Positions 1 through 6,753 of a stretch of 25,949 nt of DNA are shown here, piece by piece. The translations under genes were made by a program, and so were the position numbers. The notes beneath the pieces were generated by a model, which was not told where the DNA came from, searched no databases, and worked only from the letters and a program-made list of their open reading frames with translations. Source of the DNA: a virus (Duplodnaviria; Caudoviricetes). Numbering within the stretch: position 1 is the first letter of the stretch; the number at the start of each line of letters is the position of its first letter. The stretch is from positions 1 to 25,949 of IMG/VR virus record IMGVR_UViG_3300017722_000321; one strand, 5' to 3'.

Positions 1-9
1 AGTAGCACC

Positions 10-38
10 AGTATATTAAGTTACCTTAACAATATCAA
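10..38 (-). promoter_or_regulatory. Leftward sigma70-like promoter with operator in the spacer
   Basis: Minus strand reads TTGATA-17 nt-TATACT. The spacer contains the palindrome TTAAG-TTAC-CTTAA (16-29). Confidence 0.75.
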
Positions 39-86
39 CGCATTCTTATTAGGATATACCCTAATATGTTGTAAAAATGAGACAGG

Positions 87-149
87 TGGGGTGGGTCGGC
101 AGTCCCGTGAAGGAGTATAGATTGTGTCTAACCCTGCCGCCCGTTCCCA
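87..149. other. GC-rich stem-loop downstream of the exonuclease gene
   Basis: GGGTCGGCAG (93-102) pairs with CTGCCGCCC (134-142), extendable with G-U pairs. The loop carries AAGGAG (110-115). Confidence 0.5.
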
Positions 150-893
150 TTATATGCCGTTCTTGATCTGATAGACCCGTAATAGGTGTTGAAAGCACTC
201 CCAGCCATTTTGTAACTTTTGTTCCTCAATCTCAATTAGCTTGACTTGGTTGGTCGTGCCGTTGACAAACACAATGGCGCACCGTGCTGTTGGAACGCCA
301 AGGCCTTCACGGTAAGCCGCCAGTTGCATCTCATGTTCAAAATAAACATCGACTTTATCAAGGTCAGTATCTTTGGTCTTGAAATCGACTATAAAGCCGT
401 TTTTAGCCATCAAATCGCATTTGCCACCAAACCCTAGCGGATGCCCAAACGACTTCTCAGGCAGCCACAGTTGCTCTCCAAACGCACTTTTAAGCGTACT
501 ATCAATCGCATCTAAATACGGTGGCTTTTCAGGCATATAAACTTGGTCAAAATAGGCTTCAATAACCGCATGAATAGCCGTACCTCGTTCCGCAGCTTCA
601 CGACCCGTAGCCTTGGAATCCTGCATTACCCTAGCCAACCAGTCGGCTTCAGGTTCGTCAGGCTGTCTTGGCAGCGTTAATGCAGCTAAGAGGACTTGTT
701 GCTGTTTCCATGTATCAAGCCCTGCTTTCGATAACATTCCGTTAATTGTTGTAACACTTGGCAGAAGTCCGAGTTTCCGTGCGTCACGAAGCGTTGTGGC
801 TCTTTCCCCAGTCTTGCCGATGGTTGTATAGGCTGGAGTGCCGTCTTTGGTGTACCAATGACCATTTTCTTGTGCCTTTTCTTTAACTATCAT
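150..893 (-). CDS. PD-(D/E)XK exonuclease (Cas4/RecE-like phage nuclease)
   Basis: Motifs PSVTTI, RGTAIH, E..GGKCDL..IVDFKT and QLAAY. Start moved to ATG at 893 (MIVKEK), with AAGG upstream and just after the previous gene's stop. Confidence 0.85.
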   Translation of the reverse strand: MIVKEKAQENGHWYTKDGTPAYTTIGKTGERATTLRDARKLGLLPSVTTINGMLSKAGLDTWKQQQVLLAALTLPRQPDEPEADWLARVMQDSKATGREAAERGTAIHAVIEAYFDQVYMPEKPPYLDAIDSTLKSAFGEQLWLPEKSFGHPLGFGGKCDLMAKNGFIVDFKTKDTDLDKVDVYFEHEMQLAAYREGLGVPTARCAIVFVNGTTNQVKLIEIEEQKLQNGWECFQHLLRVYQIKNGI

Positions 894-900
894 ATTTGCC

Positions 901-1515
901 TTAGAACGGGATGGAAGATAAGTCATCATCTACAAGCGTAGGTTTTTCAGCTTCACGCTGTTTCTGACCACGCCATTCAGACGATTCGGTAATCTTTTCT
1001 TTGTAATACTTTGGCAGCGCATCGTACTTAGCTTGGTCAAATTCAGCCAGCCAAAAGTGATTAACAGGGTTTACGCCTTCAGGCTGAGCGTTACGCAAAG
1101 CACTAGGAACGGGGCTAATGCCGCTGATATTAGCGTACTTACCATCTTCACTATGCGTAATGTTTACCATGCAAAACTTACCAAGCAAGCCTTTAAGGTC
1201 AAAGTTCTTACGATCTTCCGCAGTCATCTTTTTATTTGACCAGCTTTCTAAATCTTGCCGTAAACGGGCTTGATCGCCTAAACTAACGGTATATCGTTTG
1301 GACACGATTAAAGGCTTTCCCTCGTCTGTTTTTAGCGGAAGTCCTGCGTCATCGTCACCGTGCAGTTCCCAAGTAAATACGACTTTGTGCATGATTTTGG
1401 TTTCGCCAGCCCATTCAGTAGCTTGATGACCTAAATCAATAATGCTATATAGCCGTGCCATATGTAAGCCAGCAGGGGCAATCTTAAAATCTTTTTGCGT
1501 ATCAGTAATAATCAT
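901..1515 (-). CDS. Phage single-stranded DNA-binding protein
   Basis: Beta-rich core with an acidic C-terminal tail DDDLSSIPF typical of SSBs. Adjacent to the exonuclease. Confidence 0.7.
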   Translation of the reverse strand: MIITDTQKDFKIAPAGLHMARLYSIIDLGHQATEWAGETKIMHKVVFTWELHGDDDAGLPLKTDEGKPLIVSKRYTVSLGDQARLRQDLESWSNKKMTAEDRKNFDLKGLLGKFCMVNITHSEDGKYANISGISPVPSALRNAQPEGVNPVNHFWLAEFDQAKYDALPKYYKEKITESSEWRGQKQREAEKPTLVDDDLSSIPF

Positions 1516-1733
1516 TTGTTTGCTCCAAAAATTTGACCAAAGTCGTTCACAATGTCACGAATGACGGGGTTTACATGGGTATTGCGTTTAGGTGCGACAT
1601 ATCCGCAGCAATGGCGTAATAGGTCTACTTGACGATTGGTAAGAAGTACACCATCTTCCAAGTCTTTAAATACTTCATCCAGTTCAAACTGCATCTGAAC
1701 TTGGTCTGCTAACTGCTGGTCGTAATCACTCAT
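1512..1733 (-). CDS. Hypothetical protein
   Basis: 73 aa, ATGA overlap with the SSB-like gene, purine-rich RBS upstream. Confidence 0.8.
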   Translation of the reverse strand: MSDYDQQLADQVQMQFELDEVFKDLEDGVLLTNRQVDLLRHCCGYVAPKRNTHVNPVIRDIVNDFGQIFGANK

Positions 1734-1789
1734 TTTTAGTCTTTCTCACCCTGTTGGGTAGTTATCACGGCACATACCGTACTTAGATA

Positions 1790-1803
1790 TTAAGCCATCT
1801 TAA
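1790..1803. promoter_or_regulatory. Operator-like palindrome over the leftward promoter
   Basis: TTAAG-CCAT-CTTAA, overlapping a minus-strand TTGTTT-17-TAATAT promoter candidate. Confidence 0.7.
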
Positions 1804-1822
1804 ACAGTAAAACAAGAACTAT

Positions 1823-1858
1823 TTGTAAAAATGTTGTAAATAAGTTAAGATACCTTAC
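1823..1858 (+). promoter_or_regulatory. Promoter and operator of the Cro-like gene
   Basis: TTGTAA (1823-28)-17-TAAGAT (1846-51). Operator TTAAG-ATAC-CTTAC (1845-58) abuts the ATG. Confidence 0.65.
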
Positions 1859-2080
1859 ATGAACGCAACAGCAATTATCAAATTATTGGGTGGATGTACC
1901 CGTGTATCCAAGCTGGTCGGGGTATCTGTCCCAGCCGTATCTATGTGGCAAAACGGTGATATACCCCAAGATAAGCTGATAGTGCTGGCTGCAACGCTAG
2001 AAAAAGAATCGCATGGGCTAATTACCCGTAAGTCGCTTTTTCCCAACACTTACAAATTAATTTGGCCTGAGTTGGAATAG
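1859..2080 (+). CDS. Cro/YdaS-like helix-turn-helix regulator
   Basis: 73 aa with HTH LGGCTRVSKLVGVSVPAVSMW and C-terminal LIWPEL. Divergent from the recombination operon. Confidence 0.85.
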   Translation: MNATAIIKLLGGCTRVSKLVGVSVPAVSMWQNGDIPQDKLIVLAATLEKESHGLITRKSLFPNTYKLIWPELE

Positions 2081-2089
2081 TGCTATACT
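2062..2089 (+). promoter_or_regulatory. Extended -10 promoter driving the non-coding region
   Basis: TTGGCC (2062-67) followed by TGcTATACT (2081-89). Confidence 0.6.
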
Positions 2090-2132
2090 GTGCTGGCAGA
2101 GTGATGTCTGTTTAGTAAGTAGCTCTATACAC

Positions 2133-2229
2133 AAGACCCTTTCGGGTTGTTCTGAGTGTTTAGTAAATGATTTAGAGCCATTTATTAAGCAACATCACCT
2201 TAGAACAACCCCAAAGGGTTTTTTTATTT
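2133..2229 (+). ncRNA. C4/P4-CI-like antisense RNA / attenuator hairpin
   Basis: Outer stem 2133-2156/2199-2222 and inner stem 2157-2169/2179-2191 with G-U pairs. Loop TAGAGC and bulge ACATCAC are complementary to upstream GCTCTA (2122-27) and GTGATGT (2101-07). Followed by a T tract. Confidence 0.7.
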
Positions 2230-2237
2230 CTGCACGG

Positions 2238-2420
2238 TATTGACTGGGCGGGATCCGACACCAGCAGTCAATATACAAGTGCTACTGGGGGATAGTTGAT
2301 GCAACAGCACAAATATAGGTGGCGAAGCTAGTGCCTATTCAACGAACGACTGGCGGGTTCTGTGGCTCCGAAAGGCAAACAGTTGAAGGCGAATCTAGGA
2401 AGGCTAGGTTCGTTCACCAA
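2238..2420 (+). ncRNA. Putative multi-stem structured RNA of unknown family
   Basis: Stems TATTGACTG/CAGTCAATA, GTGCT/AGCAC, ATAGGT/GCCTAT, CGACTG/CAGTTG enclosing a CC-GAAA-GG tetraloop, and GGCGAATCTAG/CTAGGTTCGTT. Mismatches are mostly G-U on the + strand. Confidence 0.55.
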
Positions 2421-2484
2421 AAAGCAAGAAATTACTTATATAGACTTAAATATAACACTAGGGTTAATACCTAATAAATAGTTA

Positions 2485-2513
2485 TTGCATTAGTTAAGAT
2501 AACTTAATAAACT
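2485..2513 (+). promoter_or_regulatory. Rightward promoter with operator in the spacer
   Basis: TTGCAT-17-TAAACT. The spacer contains TTAAG-ATAA-CTTAA (2494-2507). Near copy of the promoter at 10-38. Confidence 0.75.
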
Positions 2514-2554
2514 GGTGTTACTCAATAACGAGTGAAATAGAAAAGGACACCAAA

Positions 2555-2773
2555 ATGACATACATAAGCAACCAAATTATTCAACAGGCTGTAGATTTAA
2601 TTATCAATACACGGGATTTTTGCGGTGATGAAAAACAAGCCGTAAAAGAATTCTGTATTGAAGAGAACATCAGCGATTGGAAAAAAGTATGGGGCATTGC
2701 TAATTTCAGGGCCAATGCTACTTGGAATCAATATAAAAAAGAAGCTGGCGTTAATCCAAAATATTGTTTTTAA
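2555..2773 (+). CDS. Hypothetical protein
   Basis: 72 aa, AAAGGA RBS, first gene after the promoter. Confidence 0.8.
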   Translation: MTYISNQIIQQAVDLIINTRDFCGDEKQAVKEFCIEENISDWKKVWGIANFRANATWNQYKKEAGVNPKYCF

Positions 2774-2781
2774 ATTAAACC

Positions 2782-2798
2782 AGCCCCTACGGGGGGCT
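2782..2798 (+). terminator. GC hairpin with TACG loop (weak terminator or processing/stability hairpin)
   Basis: AGCCCC-TACG-G-GGGGCT followed only by ACCTTT. Confidence 0.45.
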
Positions 2799-2819
2799 AC
2801 CTTTAAAGGTGAGATAGAC

Positions 2820-2888
2820 ATGAAAGATTTATTAGGTGCTTGCATACTTGGTGCAATTCTTGGCGCAATGATCGCCCTTTCCATATGA
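2820..2888 (+). CDS. 22-aa hydrophobic peptide
   Basis: MKDLLGACILGAILGAMIALSI, AAAGGTGA RBS, ATGA-coupled to the next ORF. Confidence 0.65.
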   Translation: MKDLLGACILGAILGAMIALSI

Positions 2889-2983
2889 TTGAAACCATTG
2901 TTATAGTATTTGCAATAGGCGTATTTATTCTATTTGCAACCCTTATGGTGCTTGCTGCCATACTTCTTTTTTGGATAAAGTAA
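2885..2983 (+). CDS. 32-aa single-TM peptide (not in ORF track)
   Basis: MIETIVIVFAIGVFILFATLMVLAAILLFWIK, with ATGA overlap upstream and TAATG overlap downstream. Confidence 0.7.
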   Translation: MIETIVIVFAIGVFILFATLMVLAAILLFWIK

Positions 2984-3618
2984 TGACATTTTTAGTCGCT
3001 AACATACCCCCAGTTAAATGTTTTGTGCGTAAAGAGTTCCTTTACAACCATGAGAAAGGACACGGGGAATTAGAGCCTTGTGTGTGGATGACCGCCAAAG
3101 CCATTAAAGGTCAAGCCTTTCGCATTGAATCCATGCTGACTAATTACGGTGCTTTGTACGATAAGCTGCCAATTAGTGCCTATGTTTGGAAGGAAGTAAC
3201 AGAACCCTTGCCGCTGGATTATTTGCAGATATGGGACTGTCTTTCCTACGACATGGCGGTAATCGAAAAGTCTAATCTGCGTGGGCTAAAGGTCAAATAT
3301 TTTGGCAAAGACAGGCAGTTTCACTTTGGCAACTACTTGTTTACCATTGATTTTGCCGATCCTGACAGTAATCGTTTGGATACAACCTTTAGTGAAGGGG
3401 TTGAGGAACATAAGAGTTATAACTTTATAAAGCTAGACAATGGGCAGTTTGCTTGCCAGCCTAACAATCGTTGCCTTTGGTACGATGTATCGCTTGTGCC
3501 AGCCGAACTTAAAACCCCCGACTTTAAAATACCAACAGAAATCTATAGCGTTGAAAACCATGCTAAATGGTCAGCTAAAGATGAATGGTTTTACAACTTT
3601 GACGAGATAACACGATGA
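2983..3618 (+). CDS. Conserved hypothetical phage protein
   Basis: 211 aa from ATG at 2983 (TAATG coupling). Aromatic-rich globular protein, function not recognised. Confidence 0.8.
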   Translation: MTFLVANIPPVKCFVRKEFLYNHEKGHGELEPCVWMTAKAIKGQAFRIESMLTNYGALYDKLPISAYVWKEVTEPLPLDYLQIWDCLSYDMAVIEKSNLRGLKVKYFGKDRQFHFGNYLFTIDFADPDSNRLDTTFSEGVEEHKSYNFIKLDNGQFACQPNNRCLWYDVSLVPAELKTPDFKIPTEIYSVENHAKWSAKDEWFYNFDEITR

Positions 3619-3998
3619 ACTTTGCTGACTTTTATAGCCTTTATCCTCGCAAAATGGGGCGTAAAGACGCTGAACGGGCATGGAACAGGCTAACCCCTAT
3701 CCAGCAAGCAGAGTGCCTAGAAGCCATGCCTAATTACCTTAAATACTGGAAGATTAAAGAAACGGCTAAAGACTTTATACCGTACCCTGCGTCATTTTTA
3801 AACGCTGAACGCTGGACAGACGAACTTGATATTGAGCCGATTGTCAGCAAAAAGCCTGAACTTCCGTTTTACGCTACTGAAGAACTTACCCTTAAAAAAG
3901 CCCAAGAAGTAGGCATTACGCCATACGCAGGTGAGGGTTGGCAGCAGTTAAGGGCAAGGATCAGTCAAAAGATAAAGCAAATTGAGGAACAAACCTAA
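3615..3998 (+). CDS. Phage replication-initiator C-terminal-domain-like protein
   Basis: F..FYSLYPRK.GRKDA..AW and FIPYPASFLNAERWTDE motifs. No N-terminal HTH. Confidence 0.7.
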   Translation: MNFADFYSLYPRKMGRKDAERAWNRLTPIQQAECLEAMPNYLKYWKIKETAKDFIPYPASFLNAERWTDELDIEPIVSKKPELPFYATEELTLKKAQEVGITPYAGEGWQQLRARISQKIKQIEEQT

Positions 3999-4528
3999 TG
4001 GATTTGTTTATGCAAGAGCGTGTTGCTCCTGCGTCACCAACCACAATGAATTTGCGTGAAGTAGGCGTTAATTACGCTATGGATAAAAACATGGATTGGC
4101 ATAGCCGTTTACCCGTTACAAGTCACTCAAACATGATTAGAAACGCTCACAAGGTGTTTTATGGGGCAGAGTATCAAGACCATTGCTTTGCCGTTGCCAT
4201 GTGGACTGATCCAGTAGCAGGTAATCGTATGGCTAAAGACCAAGTATGGCTTGAGTTAAGACGGTTAGCTGTTGCCCCTGATGCACCTAAATTTACCGCT
4301 ACTTGGATGATTGCTAAAATGGTTAAAGACATTAAAAAACGCTTTCCTGATGTTACTAAGCTGGTTTCTTACCAAGATACCGAAGTGCATACAGGTACGA
4401 TATATAAGGCTGCAAACTGGAAATTGGACACAGTTAGCAAGTTTCAATAATGGTCAAATGAAAAACGACAAAGAAACGCATTACAAAGTAAATCAGACAA
4501 AATCAGATGGACACTTGAAATCAGATAG
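3998..4528 (+). pseudogene. Mom-like GNAT DNA-modification protein interrupted by an in-frame TAA
   Basis: Motifs LELRRL, LVSYQD and HTGTIYKAANW. After TAA (4448-50) the frame continues WSNEKRQRNALQSKSDKIRWTLEIR to TAG at 4528. Confidence 0.7.
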
Positions 4529-4655
4529 TTACCTTGTTGATTGGTATATAGGCGTAGCCAAAAGACGGGGCTGGGATGAAGTTGTACGGTTACTTGTACA
4601 AGAAAAAGACCAAGAACGCATGAAAATGTTAATTAAGAAAAGACTAGGAAAATGA
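4515..4655 (+). CDS. Hypothetical protein
   Basis: TTG start candidate reading KSDSYLVDWYIGVAKRRGW..., ATGA-coupled to the next gene. Start uncertain. Confidence 0.55.
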   Translation: MKSDSYLVDWYIGVAKRRGWDEVVRLLVQEKDQERMKMLIKKRLGK

Positions 4656-4981
4656 GAGAGATAGACCCAAATAAATGTATAGACTTTATTCTTGAGAACG
4701 CAGGTAAATATGCACAAGCAAAAGGTGAATTGGCGCAACTTGAGGCGTATAAAAGTTCGCTTAAGGCAATTAAAATGGCTGAAACTAGCGAACAAACTAT
4801 CGGGGCGCAGGAGCGTGAAGCGTATCGAAGCGAAGATTATCAAAATTTATGTAAAGCGATTGGAGCAGCTACGGAAAACGCAGAAAAATTAAAATGGGAA
4901 TTAGAAGCTGCTAGGCTTAGACACGCTACATGGCAAACTTTAGAAGTATCAAATCGCAACCAAGATAGAATCTTAAAATGA
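4652..4981 (+). CDS. Coiled-coil hypothetical phage protein
   Basis: 109 aa helical protein with overlapping start/stop codons on both sides. Confidence 0.8.
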   Translation: MREIDPNKCIDFILENAGKYAQAKGELAQLEAYKSSLKAIKMAETSEQTIGAQEREAYRSEDYQNLCKAIGAATENAEKLKWELEAARLRHATWQTLEVSNRNQDRILK

Positions 4982-5151
4982 CACAATTAAAAATAACCGA
5001 AGAATTCCTTATACTTAAACTGCTTACTAAAATGTACGATGATGCTTTAAGGCGCAACGATTTAACCCAAATGTTAGAGATTAGCGTAGATATTGCTGAA
5101 TCCGCAGAAAAGTTAGAACAGATGACCGTAGATCATATAAATGGCCACTAA
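4978..5151 (+). CDS. 57-aa hypothetical protein (not in ORF track)
   Basis: MTQLKITEEFLILKLL...TVDHINGH, ATGA overlap, fills the gap between genes. Confidence 0.7.
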   Translation: MTQLKITEEFLILKLLTKMYDDALRRNDLTQMLEISVDIAESAEKLEQMTVDHINGH

Positions 5152-5419
5152 GAAAAATGAAAAAGAAAGAAACAGAAGAATTGCTGAATTGGGATGCTCA
5201 TTATGTAGGTATCTCGGCTCTGAGGGAACAGAAGCGTGCTTGCATCACATTAGAAGAGGTGGTAGACGAAGTGATGCCCCTGTTATCCCCTTATGCCCGT
5301 ACCACCATACTGGGTCAAATACCTCAATTCATGGAATGGGGCGCAAGCGATTTGAAAGGGAATATGGCATATCTGAAGAGCAGTTACTTGAGCAAACCTT
5401 GGAGTTGATTGGTGAGTAG
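5141..5419 (+). CDS. Ref-like HNH nuclease (recombination enhancement family)
   Basis: IAELGCSLC, HHIR, IPLCPYHH and IH..G.K.FE..YG motifs. Confidence 0.8.
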   Translation: MATKKNEKERNRRIAELGCSLCRYLGSEGTEACLHHIRRGGRRSDAPVIPLCPYHHTGSNTSIHGMGRKRFEREYGISEEQLLEQTLELIGE

Positions 5420-6149
5420 GGTTATATCGTGGTTCTCTTGCGGTGCGGCTAGTGCAGTTGCTACTAAGCTGGCTATTGCTGAAAGCACAACACCCGTAGA
5501 AGTGGTTTATTGCCATGTAAAGGAAGAACACCCTGATAACTTGCGGTTTATGAAAGACTGCGAAAATTGGTTTGGTCAGCCCATAAAAGTTATTGAAAAC
5601 GAAAAATACAATGGCAGCATTTACGAAGTATTTGAAAAGCGCAAGTACATTGTCGGCATTGGTGGTGCGCCATGTACTGTACACCTAAAAAAAGATATGC
5701 GGAAAGCGTTTGAATTACCCAATGACAGGCAGGTATTTGGGTACACCGCAGAAGAACAAGACCGTGTAGATCGTTTTATAGACGCTAACAATAATGTTAA
5801 TTTATGGTCAATCCTTATAGATAAAGGTCTTGGCAAGTCTGATTGTTTGGCTATGATTGACAGGGCAGGTATTGAATTGCCAGCAATGTACAAGCTAGGC
5901 TACCAAAATAACAACTGTATAGGGTGCGTCAAGGGTGGCTTGGGTTATTGGAATAAGATACGGCACGACTTTCCTGAACAATTTGATCGTATGGCGCAAA
6001 TAGAGCAAACTGTAGGGGCTAAAATACTTAAACATAAAGGTGAACGCATTTGGCTTACAGAACTGCCTTTAGATGCAGGTGATTATCCAACCGAGCAAGC
6101 AATCGAATGTGGTATTTTTTGCCATATGGCAGAAGAAGATATTAAATGA
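5412..6149 (+). CDS. PAPS-reductase-like PP-loop enzyme with probable Fe-S cysteines
   Basis: N-terminal SWFSCGAAS, APCT..LK, NNNCIGCVKGG and C-terminal ECGIFC. GTG start at 5412. Confidence 0.75.
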   Translation: MSRVISWFSCGAASAVATKLAIAESTTPVEVVYCHVKEEHPDNLRFMKDCENWFGQPIKVIENEKYNGSIYEVFEKRKYIVGIGGAPCTVHLKKDMRKAFELPNDRQVFGYTAEEQDRVDRFIDANNNVNLWSILIDKGLGKSDCLAMIDRAGIELPAMYKLGYQNNNCIGCVKGGLGYWNKIRHDFPEQFDRMAQIEQTVGAKILKHKGERIWLTELPLDAGDYPTEQAIECGIFCHMAEEDIK

Positions 6150-6292
6150 GTAGCTGGCTAATTATTCTTACGGGACTTATTTATGTGTACATCGCTGGAG
6201 AGCAGTTGTTTAAAGGAGATTTTGGACTGGCTTGTATGTATGCTGGATATGCTTTTGCGAATTATGGGGCTTACTTGATTGCTACTAAATGA
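6146..6292 (+). CDS. 48-aa membrane protein (not in ORF track)
   Basis: MSSWLIILTGLIYVYIAGEQ...YAGYAFANYGAYLIATK, ATGA overlaps at both ends. Confidence 0.75.
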   Translation: MSSWLIILTGLIYVYIAGEQLFKGDFGLACMYAGYAFANYGAYLIATK

Positions 6293-6408
6293 GTTTCACA
6301 ATTTATACCCATAAAGGTATAAAAGTTATTCAATACTTTTTTAGTATGGATGAACTGATTAAATCAATGCTTAACAACCCTAAAGACGCTTACCACCGCA
6401 ATTTATAA
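6289..6408 (+). CDS. 39-aa hypothetical protein (not in ORF track)
   Basis: MSFTIYTHKGIKVIQYFFSMDELIKSMLNNPKDAYHRNL, ATGA-coupled. Confidence 0.55.
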   Translation: MSFTIYTHKGIKVIQYFFSMDELIKSMLNNPKDAYHRNL

Positions 6409-6753
6409 CTCTAGCGGATCAAGGCCAAGTTCCGTTGCTACCATTTTGCAACGGGTTCTAAACGGCTTACCATGTTGCAGCCATTTATCGCCCTTTTGCC
6501 TGTAAAAAGACATATGTATCATTTCATGGCATAGCGTTGTAAGAACCGTGTAGTAATGACCGCACCGTGCAGAAGATATAGTTACAGTATGTTCAAATTC
6601 ATCGCTGGTATATAGATAAGTACCCATTAGTTCGGGGTCATCTGTAACTACAAAATTGATTTCTTCAGGTAACGGCATTTTCCACTTGCTATACGGATAG
6701 CAACACGCTAATGAAGCGTATAAATTGCTCAAGACCGCTGGAGTTAATTTCAT
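6403..6753 (-). CDS. SprT-like zinc metalloprotease
   Basis: TLCHEMIH (HExxH) followed by HGKPF. Confidence 0.75.
   Translation of the reverse strand: MKLTPAVLSNLYASLACCYPYSKWKMPLPEEINFVVTDDPELMGTYLYTSDEFEHTVTISSARCGHYYTVLTTLCHEMIHMSFYRQKGDKWLQHGKPFRTRCKMVATELGLDPLEL

Noticed and set aside
150-893. Cas4 as part of a CRISPR system
   Set aside because: No Fe-S cysteine pattern, array or other cas genes. The context is a recombination operon.
2101-2420. tRNA, CRISPR array or group I/II intron
   Set aside because: No cloverleaf or T-loop, no repeat-spacer periodicity, and no recognisable intron core motifs.
2319-2474. 51-codon GTG ORF across the structured RNA
   Set aside because: No convincing SD and the sequence is better explained by base-paired stems. 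It is not formally excluded.
2597-2888. Tracked ORFs 2597-2884 (-) and the long form of 2658-2888 (+)
   Set aside because: They overlap better-supported genes and a hairpin. Only the last 22 codons of the + ORF have an RBS.
4448-4450. Genome-wide stop-codon reassignment
   Set aside because: TAA, TAG and TGA all terminate well-supported genes, and no suppressor tRNA is seen in the window.
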